Assembly: GCA_963762255.1 (NCBI GenBank)
Contig: CAVXKA010000001.1
Span: 32,001-96,000 of the forward strand
DNA: 64,000 bases
DNA from: Candidatus Eiseniibacteriota bacterium
Lineage (GTDB): Bacteria > Eisenbacteria > RBG-16-71-46 > JABDJR01
Direction: 5' to 3'
The stretch's first letter is position 1; every line of letters starts with the position of its first letter. The notes beneath the pieces are model-generated. The model was given only the letters and a program-made list of their open reading frames with translations, was not told where the DNA came from and made no database searches. Below, piece by piece: positions 10,436-20,009 of the stretch. A program made the translations under genes and the position numbers.

Positions 10436-11816
10436 ATGAGACGTCTGTTCGCCGCGGCGACCGTGTGCGCCGCAATCCTGCTGATCACCGGCGTGGCCGC
10501 GGCAGCGCCGCGGTACGCGCCCAACACCGCCGGCCTCAAGGCGCACAACGCCGTCGCCCGGGACCACGGGCAGCGAGCACCGGTCGGCTACGAGCCGCTG
10601 GCGCGGCGCATCCTGAGCGGCACCGGCACCATCAACCTCAACGTGTACTCGTGGAACAGTGTCCCGGAGGTCGGCGCCACCGTGGACTGGTACGTCTTCA
10701 CCGACACCGGTGACGGCACCGGCGAGGGCACGACCGACGGCGACGGGCACGTCGATCTGACCGGGGTCCCTGCCGCGAACAGCGACAACGGCGAGATCTC
10801 CGTCGCCCTCGACGCCACCGACGGTGGCACCTACGACCTGTCGAACATGTCTTGGGGCGACGCCGGCATGACCGGCGCTCTGCAGGCCGGCCGCCTCCCG
10901 GTGACTCTCGGGCGCAGTTCCCAGAGACGGGTGGAATACGTGGGACTACGCGCGCGTGTGGCTCTGGGCGCACCAGTCCAGTGGTAGCCAGGTGCATCAG
11001 GCGGCGTCCAACATCGCCCGCTCGGGCTCCTTCGCGGACGGCTACGTCCGCACGATCCAGACCGGTCCGGAGACGCTCGGCAGCGGCGCTGCGTACTTCT
11101 GGGACAACGAGGGTGTGGAGCTGGCGGTCGACGGCATCCAGGTCGCACCCGGCCAGACCGCCACATCCGGACCGACCGCCTACGAGGCAGACGCGCAGCG
11201 ACTGCTGATGGGGTACTGGGGCTCCGGCAAGCCGGGCTCGGCTGCCTGGGTCGTCATGGACAACTACCCCGACGGCTGGGTGAACGACATCTCCGGTGTG
11301 GCCGACTACCCGGCGACCGCAAAGCAGAAGTACTTCGGCTCCTTCACCTGCGACGGCGCCCAGTACGACTCCAAGAAGATCACTATCCCCAGCACGGCGG
11401 CCCCAGGCTACGCCTACTGGATCGACGCGAGCCACACCTCCGGACCTCTCGACCTCTGGGCGTCGTTCCAGGTCTGCACGCTCAAGCCGAGCAAGTCGGC
11501 GGTGTCTCCCAGCGCATCGATCTCACTCAGCGGTGTCGTGCCGATCAAGGGCCACTACGGCAGCAAGAGGGGCACGCCCAAGTACGTGACCATCTACAAG
11601 ACGACGTCGGCCAAGACCGCCAAGGCCCAGCCCGCCGTCAGCGGCGGCAAGACGGTGAAGGGCTGGTCCAAGGTCGGCAGAGTCCGCACGGACGGCCTCG
11701 GCAAGTACAAGCTCTCGACGCGGCCCGGCAAGACCGCGTGGTATTGCGTGTGGTACGCGGCCGACGCGTGGTACTGGGGCGCCTGGACGTCGGTGGCCAA
11801 GGTGACAGTCAGGTAG
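10436..11816 (+). CDS. Secreted hypothetical protein, paralog A; frameshift at ~10920-10950
   Basis: RBS AAGGAGGA, signal peptide MRRLFAAATVCAAILLITGVAAA; continues in ORF 10956..11816; similar to the downstream gene. Confidence 0.75.
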
Positions 11817-11857
11817 CAGCAAGCACCAGAGATCGCGCGCGGAGGCGCGAACGACAC

Positions 11858-11893
11858 CGAGGGCCGGGGCTGTGGAAGCAGCCCCGGCCCTCG
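11858..11893 (+). terminator. 15-bp perfect hairpin between the paralogs
   Basis: CGAGGGCCGGGGCTG-tggaag-CAGCCCCGGCCCTCG, no U-tract. Confidence 0.6.
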
Positions 11894-11971
11894 CCCTCGT
11901 TCGCATCCTGCCCGCGATAGGATGACGAAGGAGAGCGCGGGAGGGCGCCTCCGGTCCTGGAGGAGGAACCA

Positions 11972-13349
11972 ATGACTCGACCGTCCGTCCTGCTCGGCGT
12001 TTGCCTGCTTGGGCTCGCGCTGCTGCCCGCCGCGGCGCTCGCTGCAGCCCCGCGTCCGGGGTCACCGGCCGTCAGCGCAGGTGCCGTCACCCGGCTTCTG
12101 GCGCCCGTGAGGGTGACCGCACCCGCCGCGAGCGCGTCGATCGGACCCGTGCGAGCCGCCGCGGGCGCCGTCATCCACGGCAGCATCACAAACCCCAACG
12201 GGTTCGCTGTCCTGCCGGCCAGGATCCACTGGATGTCGCCGGGCGGCAGTCCGCGTACCGGCTCGATGCTTGCGGACCAGTCCGGCGCCTACGCCTTCTC
12301 GGCAGTCCCCGCCGCCGCCGGAAACGGAGAGCTCTGGGCCGTCTTAGAGCCGGACAACGGCGCGTGGGAACGCGGCCACTACGGGATGACCTGGGCGGAC
12401 GGCGACGACCTGACGGTCGATCTGCGCGCCGGCGACGTCAGCGTCGCAATCTACCGCGGAGGCCCTTGGTACGCGTGGAAGAACGCCGTGCTCCAGGTCT
12501 GGACGAAGCCTGCGGACGGCAACGGGACCTGCTACACCTTGTCGGATATCAAGAGCACCGACGTAGAGGGCGATGGCTTCGCCGCCGAGCTGCCGGTGGA
12601 AGCAGGCACGGGGGATGGCGCAGTCGTCTACTTCTGGTCCAACGAGGGGATGGAGGTGCCGTTCGCCGGGGAGGTGCAGCCCGGCTCCTCGTCCGTGCCG
12701 AGCCTGACGGCATGGGAGGAATCCGCCAGCCGCGCCCGCGTGCTCGAGCCGCTGTGGAGCTCCGGACGGCCCGGCAAGGCCGTCATCCTCAACCTCGCCG
12801 GCTTCGACACGGGATGCGATCAACCAGATCCGCGGCCAGTCCGACTACCCGGGCGGCGCGACCTGGAAGAACATCACGCGCATGACCATGAAGGAGTCCG
12901 AAGCAAATCTCAAGGTCACTATCCCCAGCACGGCCAAGCCTGGCTACTTCTACTGGCTGGCCGCCGACCACATGAACGGGATGGGAGCCCTCAGGCTCCT
13001 CGTCCCCTTCCAGGTCGCCACCCTGAAGCCGACTAGCGCGAGCGTCGTCCGCGGGAGCTCGGTGAGTCTCAGCGGTGTCGTGCCGGTCAACGGCCACCGG
13101 GGCACCAAGCGCGGCACACCCAAGACGGTGACGCTGTACAAGGGGCCGAACTCCCAGCCGCAGCCCCGCACGTGGGAACCATCGCGCTCCGACTACATGA
13201 AGGTGGGCAGCTTCCGCACCGACGGCTACGGCAGGTTCCACACCTCCGCCGTGCGAGTGAACGGCACGACCACGTTCATCGTGCGCTACCCGGGAGACGC
13301 GACCTACTGGCGCGCCTACACCACGCCGGTGCTCGTGAAGGTGAAGTAG
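11972..13349 (+). CDS. Secreted hypothetical protein, paralog B; frameshift at ~12815
   Basis: RBS GGAGGAGG, signal peptide. Shares YFWxNEG, WxSG(K/R)PG, TIPSTAxPGYxYW, FQVxTLKP, SLSGVVPxxGHxGxKRGTPK and RTDGxG with paralog A. Confidence 0.75.
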
Positions 13350-13452
13350 GCTCGAAGCGCTCGTGGGTCCGACGAGGGCCGGCGCCGCTCAGCGCGGCGC
13401 CTCCCAGCTCGCCGACTCAACCTCGGTGATTCCACCCGCGCTCCCCGCCGAC

Positions 13453-14451
13453 TCACCGCCGTCGCGCCCCACCGCGCGCTACCGCGGAGACGATCAACCG
13501 CTCTACCAGATCCTCGTAGCTGATGCCATGCGCGCGCGCGGCCATCGGAACGAGGCTCGTCTCCGTCATGCCTGGAACGGTGTTGGCCTCCAGGAAGTAC
13601 GGCCGATTCTCCGGGGTCAGCCGGAAGTCGACCCGTGCCACGCCCGCGCATCCCAAGGTCGCGAACGCGCGCTCGCCCAGGCGCGAGACCTCGGCGGCGA
13701 CCTCCGCCGGCAGCTCCGCCGGCACGACGTACCGCGTCTGCCCCTTCGTGTACTTGTGACGGTAATCGTAGAAGCCCGCCTCGGGGATGATCTCCACGAC
13801 CGGCAGCGCCTCGCCGTCCAGCACCGCCACCGTGACCTCGCGACCGGGGATGAACTCTTCCACCAACACCGCGCCGTATTGAAACGCGTCGTCCAGCGCC
13901 GCCTCCAACTCGGAGGCTTCGACCACGATGTGTACACCGACGCTCGAACCCTGAGCGTTCGGCTTCACAACCACCGGATAGCCGCCCAGCGCCTGCACGT
14001 CCACGCCAGCGGCATCGCGCCGCTCCAGGAGAATCTCTCGCGGGGAAGGCACACCCGCCGCGCGCAGCAATGCCTTCGCTCTCGACTTGTCCATGGCGAG
14101 CGCGCTCGCCAGCATCCCCGAACCGCTGTACGGCACGCCGGCCAGATCGAGCAGCGCCTGAAGCGTCCCGTCCTCTCCGATCCCTCCGTGCAGCGCCACG
14201 AACACCGCGTCGCACGTTCCGATCTCGGGGTTCTCGGCCAGAACCAGGCTTCGCTCTTCCGCTTCCGGCGGCGGGGCCTCACCGATGCGATGCTGTGCGA
14301 GATGATCCAGCTCCAGCCGCCGCCCTGCCGCGGGGTCGAGCGGCACCACCGCGTGCCCGCGCGCGGAAAGCGCCTTCGCCACCCCGCGTCCGGTGGCAAG
14401 ACTCACGTCCCGCTCCATACTGCTGCCGCCCATGAGCACGACCACCCGCAT
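13453..14451 (-). CDS. ddl: D-alanine--D-alanine ligase
   Basis: VVVLMGGSSMERDVSLATG, ALHGGIGEDG, GSSVGV, FYDYRHKY, EANTVPGMTETSL. Confidence 0.96.
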   Translation of the reverse strand: MRVVVLMGGSSMERDVSLATGRGVAKALSARGHAVVPLDPAAGRRLELDHLAQHRIGEAPPPEAEERSLVLAENPEIGTCDAVFVALHGGIGEDGTLQALLDLAGVPYSGSGMLASALAMDKSRAKALLRAAGVPSPREILLERRDAAGVDVQALGGYPVVVKPNAQGSSVGVHIVVEASELEAALDDAFQYGAVLVEEFIPGREVTVAVLDGEALPVVEIIPEAGFYDYRHKYTKGQTRYVVPAELPAEVAAEVSRLGERAFATLGCAGVARVDFRLTPENRPYFLEANTVPGMTETSLVPMAARAHGISYEDLVERLIVSAVARGGARRR

Positions 14452-14452
14452 G

Positions 14453-14953
14453 CTAGCTCTCGCCTCCCTCGATCGAAACCAATGCCACCGCTGAAGCCGC
14501 CGCGCCCTCACCGCGTCCGATGAAGCCCATACCTTCGGTGGTCGTGGCTTTCACCGAGACGCATTCGCCCGGCACGCCGAGAGCTTCCGCCAACCGCGCC
14601 CGCATCGCCTCGACGTGCGGTGCGATCTTCGGGTGCTCGAGGTAGAGCGTGCAGTCCACCTGCTCGGCGCGCGCGCGTCGTCCCGCCAGGAGCCCCACCG
14701 TCCGGCGCAGGAGATCGATGCTGTCCGCGCCGCGCCATTGTTCGTCCGATGGCGGGAAGTGCCGGCCGAGATCCCCCAGCGCGACCGCGCCCAGGAGCGC
14801 GTCGATCACCGCGTGGGTGAGTACGTCGGCGTCGGAGTGTCCCTCCAATCCCTGGCCGTGCGGGACGCGCACCCCGCCGAGAATCAGCGGCCGCCCGGTG
14901 ATGAAGCGATGCGCGTCGAACCCGTGTCCCACGCGAAACGGCAACCCGCTCAT
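14453..14953 (-). CDS. ispF: 2-C-methyl-D-erythritol 2,4-cyclodiphosphate synthase
   Basis: RVGHGFDAH, GHSDADVLTHAVIDALLGA, KATTTEGMGFIGRGEG. Confidence 0.97.
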   Translation of the reverse strand: MSGLPFRVGHGFDAHRFITGRPLILGGVRVPHGQGLEGHSDADVLTHAVIDALLGAVALGDLGRHFPPSDEQWRGADSIDLLRRTVGLLAGRRARAEQVDCTLYLEHPKIAPHVEAMRARLAEALGVPGECVSVKATTTEGMGFIGRGEGAAASAVALVSIEGGES

Positions 14954-15005
14954 GATCGCCTCCGCCCGTTCCGCGGGCCGCGGTCCCCTCCGACCCCGGC
15001 GCCGC

Positions 15006-15707
15006 TCATTCCCGATACCCCCGCATGCGCAGGATCGCCTCGGCGAGGAGGAGATCGCTCGGCACGGTGATCTTGATGTTGGTCACTTCGCCCTCGACCC
15101 AGGACACCGGATGATTGATGCGCAAGACGAGGGACGCTTCGTCGGTGCCCCTGAAGTGCTCCGCCCGCGCGCGCTGATGCGCGTACTCGAGGACCGGCCG
15201 ATGAAAGCCCTGGGGCGTCTGCACCGCGAGCAGCTCGGAGCGATCCACGTAGGCCTTGAGCCAGGTTTCATATCCCACGCGGGCCACGCTGTCACGCAAC
15301 GGAAGCGCAGGCACCAGCGACTCGCCGCCGTCCAGCCGGTCGAGCACGCGGCGGATCAGATCGCGCGACACCAGCGGCCGCGCCGCATCGTGAACGACGA
15401 TCCAGTGCGGCTTGCCGCCCAGCGCATCGATGCCGTTGAACACCGAGTCCTGCCGCTCCGCTCCACCCGCCACCAGATCGACGTCGCGCTGCAAGTGCAG
15501 CGGCGCGATCACCTGCTCTCGGAACAGGGCCTCGCTGCCGGGGGGCACCACGACCACGCGCTCCACGATCTCGTGGAAGTCGTCGAAGGCCAGCAAGGTC
15601 CACGCAAGAAGAGGATGACCCAGGAGAGGCACCAACGCCTTGGGCTCCGGGCGCCCCAGACGTTCGCCGCGCCCAGCGGCCACGATCACCAGACCGACGT
15701 CGTTCAT
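15006..15707 (-). CDS. ispD: 2-C-methyl-D-erythritol 4-phosphate cytidylyltransferase
   Basis: AAGRGERLG..PK, GGAERQDSV, VHDAARP, VQTPQGF, NIKITVPSDL. Confidence 0.95.
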   Translation of the reverse strand: MNDVGLVIVAAGRGERLGRPEPKALVPLLGHPLLAWTLLAFDDFHEIVERVVVVPPGSEALFREQVIAPLHLQRDVDLVAGGAERQDSVFNGIDALGGKPHWIVVHDAARPLVSRDLIRRVLDRLDGGESLVPALPLRDSVARVGYETWLKAYVDRSELLAVQTPQGFHRPVLEYAHQRARAEHFRGTDEASLVLRINHPVSWVEGEVTNIKITVPSDLLLAEAILRMRGYRE

Positions 15708-17200
15708 CGCTCGCGTCCTCCAGGCATCTGTGCGTGCGCCCGCCGAGGCCCACCCGCCGACCCGCGTCCACCGCCCGCCATCCCTCGTCCGCCACCCGGC
15801 GCGTCGCGATGCCCCGACCGCGGCGCCCCCGATATCCCCAGCGCCTTCTCCAACGCCTCGTCCACCCGCGCCACCGGCACGAGCGTGAGCGGGGCCGCCT
15901 CCATTTCCTTGACCGCGCGGGCCGGAACGATCGCCTGCGTGAAGCCGAGCTTGGACGCCTCGTGCAGGCGATGCTGCAATTGCCCTACCCGACGGACCTC
16001 GCCGCCCAAACCGACCTCGCCCACCACCACTGTACGCCCGTCCAACGGAATGTCGTGATACGAGGAGGCGACCGCCATCGCCACCGCGAGGTCGATCGCG
16101 GGCTCGACGACTCGGAACCCTCCCGCCACGCTCACGAACACGTCGCTGGTCGAGAAGTCCAACCCGGCGCGCTTCTCGAGCACGGCCAACAGCACCGCGA
16201 GCCGGCGCGCGTCCACCCCGGTGGCCACGCGACGCGGCACGCTGAACCCGGCGCTGCCGACCAGTGCCTGCACTTCGAGCAGGATCGGCCGCGTCCCCTC
16301 CAGAGCGGGCGAGACCGCCGATCCCGACATGCCCTCGCGGCGTTCCTCCAATAGGAACTCCGAAGGATTCGAGACCGCTCGTAATCCATCGTCCCCCATC
16401 TCGAACACGCCGACTTCGTGGGTCGGACCGAACCGGTTCTTGGCCGCCCGGAACAGTCGATAGTGATGATAGCGGTCGCCTTCGAGGTAGAGCACCGCGT
16501 CCACCATGTGCTCCATGACGCGCGGGCCGGCCACCATGCCTTCCTTGGTCACATGCCCGACCAGGATGACCGGGATCTGCGAGCGCTTGGCGAGTTCCAG
16601 AAAGTAGAGCGTGTTGTCGCGCACCTGGGCCACGCTTCCCGGCGCGCTGTCCGCCTCCGCGCTGTGCAGCGTCTGCACCGAGTCGACGATGATCACGTCC
16701 GGAGAAGCGGCCTCCAACGCCGGCGCCACCGTCTCCACCCGGGTCGAAGCGAGCACTTGCAGGCGCTCGTCGATCCCGCCGAGTCGCCGGCTGCGCAAAC
16801 GGAGTTGGCGCTCCGATTCCTCCGCGCTGACGTAGAGCACCACGAGACCCTGCGCGGCGTAGGCCGACGCCGCCTGCAAGAGCAGCGTGGACTTCCCCAC
16901 TCCGGGATCGCCGGCCACGAGCACGAGGCTCCCCGGCACCAACCCTCCGCCCAGCACGCGGTCGAACTCCTCGATGCCGGTGCGATAGCGGGGGAGGTTC
17001 TCGGCGTCGATGTCGCCCAGCGCCTTGACCGTCGGGGACTGCGCACCGGCCGGTGAACCGCCCCAGGCGCGCCCTCGCGTGGGGGCTTCGACCTGGCGCT
17101 CCTCGAGCGAGTTCCAGGCCTTGCAGCCGGGACACTGTCCCATCCACTTGGGGGCGATGTGGCCGCACTCGCGGCAGACGAAGCGCGACTTGACCTTCAT
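15704..17200 (-). CDS. radA: DNA repair protein RadA/Sms
   Basis: CRECG..KWMGQCPGC zinc finger, GDPGVGKSTLLLQ, KNRFG motif. Confidence 0.97.
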   Translation of the reverse strand: MKVKSRFVCRECGHIAPKWMGQCPGCKAWNSLEERQVEAPTRGRAWGGSPAGAQSPTVKALGDIDAENLPRYRTGIEEFDRVLGGGLVPGSLVLVAGDPGVGKSTLLLQAASAYAAQGLVVLYVSAEESERQLRLRSRRLGGIDERLQVLASTRVETVAPALEAASPDVIIVDSVQTLHSAEADSAPGSVAQVRDNTLYFLELAKRSQIPVILVGHVTKEGMVAGPRVMEHMVDAVLYLEGDRYHHYRLFRAAKNRFGPTHEVGVFEMGDDGLRAVSNPSEFLLEERREGMSGSAVSPALEGTRPILLEVQALVGSAGFSVPRRVATGVDARRLAVLLAVLEKRAGLDFSTSDVFVSVAGGFRVVEPAIDLAVAMAVASSYHDIPLDGRTVVVGEVGLGGEVRRVGQLQHRLHEASKLGFTQAIVPARAVKEMEAAPLTLVPVARVDEALEKALGISGAPRSGHRDAPGGGRGMAGGGRGSAGGPRRAHAQMPGGRER

Positions 17201-17335
17201 TCCGACTCCCTTCCGACGGGATCACCGGCGGGTTGGAGGGAGTTTAGGCTATGGACGCGGGGGCGGGAAGCGCGCGCTGCGCCGCCTCGCGGATCGCGCT
17301 CGCCGCGCCGCCTTCCCGATCGCGCGCGTCGCGCA

Positions 17336-18238
17336 CTAGAACACGCTGACTTTGAAGTACCGGCGCGGGTTCTGCTTGACGTCGTTGAGCAGCGCGCGAG
17401 TGTCCTGCACGGTGATCACCAGCTCGTCGTAGAGCGCCCGGTCGTGAATCACTTGCGAGAGAGTTCCCTGCGAAGAGTCCACCGTGGCAATCATGGCGTC
17501 CATGTGCCCCAGGGTCTGCTGCAGCATCACCAGGGTGGTGTCGAGCCGGCCCGAGGCCTTGGCGGCGCCATCCAGGAGCTGCCCCAATTCGTCGCCGCGT
17601 CCATCCATACCGACGCGCAATTCGTGGGTCGCCGCCTGCATATCTTTGAGCATCACCGCGATGTCGTCGTGATTGCGCTCGAGGATCTGCGCGAGCTGCT
17701 CGGTGAGCCGCTCGGTGTTCTGGAGGGTGCGGGTAAGCACTTCCTGGTCGCCCTGGTCGAACGCCGCAAGAAGCGTGTCGAGGCGCGTCGCCAGCCGCTC
17801 GAAGGTCGCGAGACTTCCCCCCAGGCTCGACATGAGCTGCGGAATGCCGGCCTGGTACTCGCCCTGCAACACCGAGCCGGGCGGGAGCACCTCGGCGGGC
17901 GGACCCGGATACACCGCCACCAGCTTCTGTCCCATGATCCCGACGTTCTCGAGCACGACCCGGGTGTTCGGATAGAGCTTGATGCTCTCGTCGAGCTGCA
18001 TGGTGACCACCGAGCGTCCGTTCTCGAACGTGATGGCGGCCACCTTCCCCGAGGGCACGCCCTGCACCTCGACCGGGTCCCCCTTGATGAGCCCGCTCGC
18101 GGTGGCGAACTCCACCTTCATCTCGTAGGTGGTCCCGCGAATCTTGAAATCCTTGAACCAGAGCACGCCCCAGATGAGGACGATGATGGCCAGGATGAAG
18201 ACGACACCGACCTGGACTTGGTATCGCTGCTCGGACAT
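17336..18238 (-). CDS. mlaD: MlaD/MCE family protein
   Basis: N-terminal TM helix, GLIKGDPVEVQGV..GKV MCE motif, helical tail ending NPRRYFKVSVF. Confidence 0.9.
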   Translation of the reverse strand: MSEQRYQVQVGVVFILAIIVLIWGVLWFKDFKIRGTTYEMKVEFATASGLIKGDPVEVQGVPSGKVAAITFENGRSVVTMQLDESIKLYPNTRVVLENVGIMGQKLVAVYPGPPAEVLPPGSVLQGEYQAGIPQLMSSLGGSLATFERLATRLDTLLAAFDQGDQEVLTRTLQNTERLTEQLAQILERNHDDIAVMLKDMQAATHELRVGMDGRGDELGQLLDGAAKASGRLDTTLVMLQQTLGHMDAMIATVDSSQGTLSQVIHDRALYDELVITVQDTRALLNDVKQNPRRYFKVSVF

Positions 18239-18247
18239 CGGGCTCTC

Positions 18248-19039
18248 CTACCTCCGCCGCGCACCGGCGGGGCCGGGACGTGCGGCGCGATCGGGCTCGC
18301 TGGTGAGCGGACCTTCAGCCGACGCGGTGATGAACTGGCGAACCACCGGGTCGTCGCTCTTCTGAATCTCCTCGGGGGTGCCGTCGAAATAGATCTTGCC
18401 GTCGTGCAGCAGGGTGAGGCGATCCCCCACGAAATAGGCGCTGTGCAGATCGTGGGTCACCACGATCGAGGTCACCCGCAGCCGCTTCTGCATCTCGCGG
18501 ATGAGCTCGTTGATCTGCTGCGCGGTCACCGGATCGAGCCCGGTCGTGGGCTCGTCGTAAAGAATGTATTCGGGCTCCATGGCGATGGCCCGCGCCAGCC
18601 CGACGCGCTTGCGCATGCCGCCCGAGAGATCCGAGGGCTTCTTGATTTCCGCCCCGGCGAGCCCCACCATGTCGAGCTTCTCGGCCACGATCGCCGCGAT
18701 CTCCGCCGGGCTCTTCTTGGTGTGCTCGCGCAGGGCAAGCCCCACGTTCTCCCCCACCGTCATCGAGTCGAAGAGCGCCGCTCCCTGGAAGAGCATGCCG
18801 AACTTCTTGCGCAGCTCCGCGAGATCGTTGTACTTGAGCCGCGTGACCTCCTGCCCGTCCACCGACACCGTGCCCCGATCGGGCTTCATGAGACCGATGA
18901 TGTGCTTCAAGAGCACGCTCTTGCCGGTGCCGGAGCGGCCCAGCACCACGATGCACTCACCCTTGCGGATATCGAGATCGATGCCGTCGAGGACGGTCAG
19001 CGGCCCGAATCGCTTGTGAAGATCGCGGATCTCGATCAC
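18248..19039 (-). CDS. mlaF: MlaF-type ABC transporter ATPase
   Basis: GRSGTGKS, FQGAALFDSMTVGENV, LSGGMRKRVGLARA, YDEPTTGLDP. Confidence 0.93.
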   Translation of the reverse strand: MIEIRDLHKRFGPLTVLDGIDLDIRKGECIVVLGRSGTGKSVLLKHIIGLMKPDRGTVSVDGQEVTRLKYNDLAELRKKFGMLFQGAALFDSMTVGENVGLALREHTKKSPAEIAAIVAEKLDMVGLAGAEIKKPSDLSGGMRKRVGLARAIAMEPEYILYDEPTTGLDPVTAQQINELIREMQKRLRVTSIVVTHDLHSAYFVGDRLTLLHDGKIYFDGTPEEIQKSDDPVVRQFITASAEGPLTSEPDRAARPGPAGARRR

Positions 19040-19051
19040 GGTTTCGGTTTC

Positions 19052-19900
19052 CTATACCGGCGCGAAGATGATGCGGAAGATGACCTCCGCCAGGAAGTAG
19101 TCCGCCACCAGGATCAGCACGCAGCTCGCCACAACGGCCTTCGTGGTGGCGATCCCGACCCCCTCCGCACCGCCCGTGGTCTGGAACCCGTAGTAGCACC
19201 CCTCGATGGCGATGATGGTGCCGAAGACGAAGGACTTGAGAAGCCCGCCATAGATGTCGTCGGGGTTGAAGAGGATCTTCATGCCCCGCGTGAACATGTC
19301 GGTGGAGATGCCGACCCGCGTCACCGCCACCGTCATGCCGCCGAGGATGGCGATGGTGTTGGCGAACACGGTGACGACGGGGAGCATGAAGAACGCGGCC
19401 ACCAGCCGCGGCACCGCAAGGAACCGCACCGGGCGGATGGCCAGGGTCTCGAGCGCGTCCACCTGCTCGGTCACCCGCATGGTGCCGATCTCGGCCGCGA
19501 ACGAGGCCCCCACGCGGGCGCCGACCACGAGCGCGGTCAGGACGGGGCCGAGTTCGATGAAGACCGACTTCGCGATGAACGTGCCGACGAAGACGAGCGG
19601 CACCGCTCCCTGAAACTGATAGGCGCTCTGCAGCGCGGACACGCCGCCCACGAAGAGCGAGGTCAGAAAGACGAGCGGGAGCGAGCCCACCCCGATGAAG
19701 CGGGCCTGGGCCATGATCAGGCGGAAGTAGCGCAACCCGGGCAGGAGTTCGCGGGTCAGCTCGATCAGGAAGAGCGCGAAGCGCCCCGCGGCCGATACCG
19801 ACCCCGCCACCGTCGTACCCACCCAGCGCAAGGGCGCGTACCACGCGGTCGCCCACTCAGCGTCCCGGACTTCTGCCAACGCGTTCCCTTTCGTTGCCAT
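19052..19900 (-). CDS. mlaE: MlaE-type ABC transporter permease
   Basis: ELGPVLTAL, AAEIGTMRVTEQVDAL, GGAEGVGIATTKAVV. Confidence 0.95.
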   Translation of the reverse strand: MATKGNALAEVRDAEWATAWYAPLRWVGTTVAGSVSAAGRFALFLIELTRELLPGLRYFRLIMAQARFIGVGSLPLVFLTSLFVGGVSALQSAYQFQGAVPLVFVGTFIAKSVFIELGPVLTALVVGARVGASFAAEIGTMRVTEQVDALETLAIRPVRFLAVPRLVAAFFMLPVVTVFANTIAILGGMTVAVTRVGISTDMFTRGMKILFNPDDIYGGLLKSFVFGTIIAIEGCYYGFQTTGGAEGVGIATTKAVVASCVLILVADYFLAEVIFRIIFAPV

Positions 19901-20009
19901 CCGTAATTAGATCGGCACGGCGGGGGGGAAGTTCCAGCCGCGCCGCTCCCGCGAGCATAACGGCAATCGGGGCAAGTGGGTAAGCCCGGGAGCGGGGGCG
20001 TAAACCGCC

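Noticed and set aside
546-13349. Programmed frameshifting or phase variation in the split genes
   Set aside because: No consistent slippery heptamers or long simple repeats. Indels affect unrelated genes including hemH and hemY, which fits sequencing error better.
15006-17225. Apparent 739-aa fusion ending in IspD
   Set aside because: The upstream part is an alternate frame of radA; IspD starts at 15707 with an ATGA overlap.
17159-19906. 915-aa plus-strand ORF and similar long antisense ORFs (20157, 22284, 24560, 30107, 60375)
   Set aside because: They mirror well-supported genes on the other strand and have no recognisable motifs.
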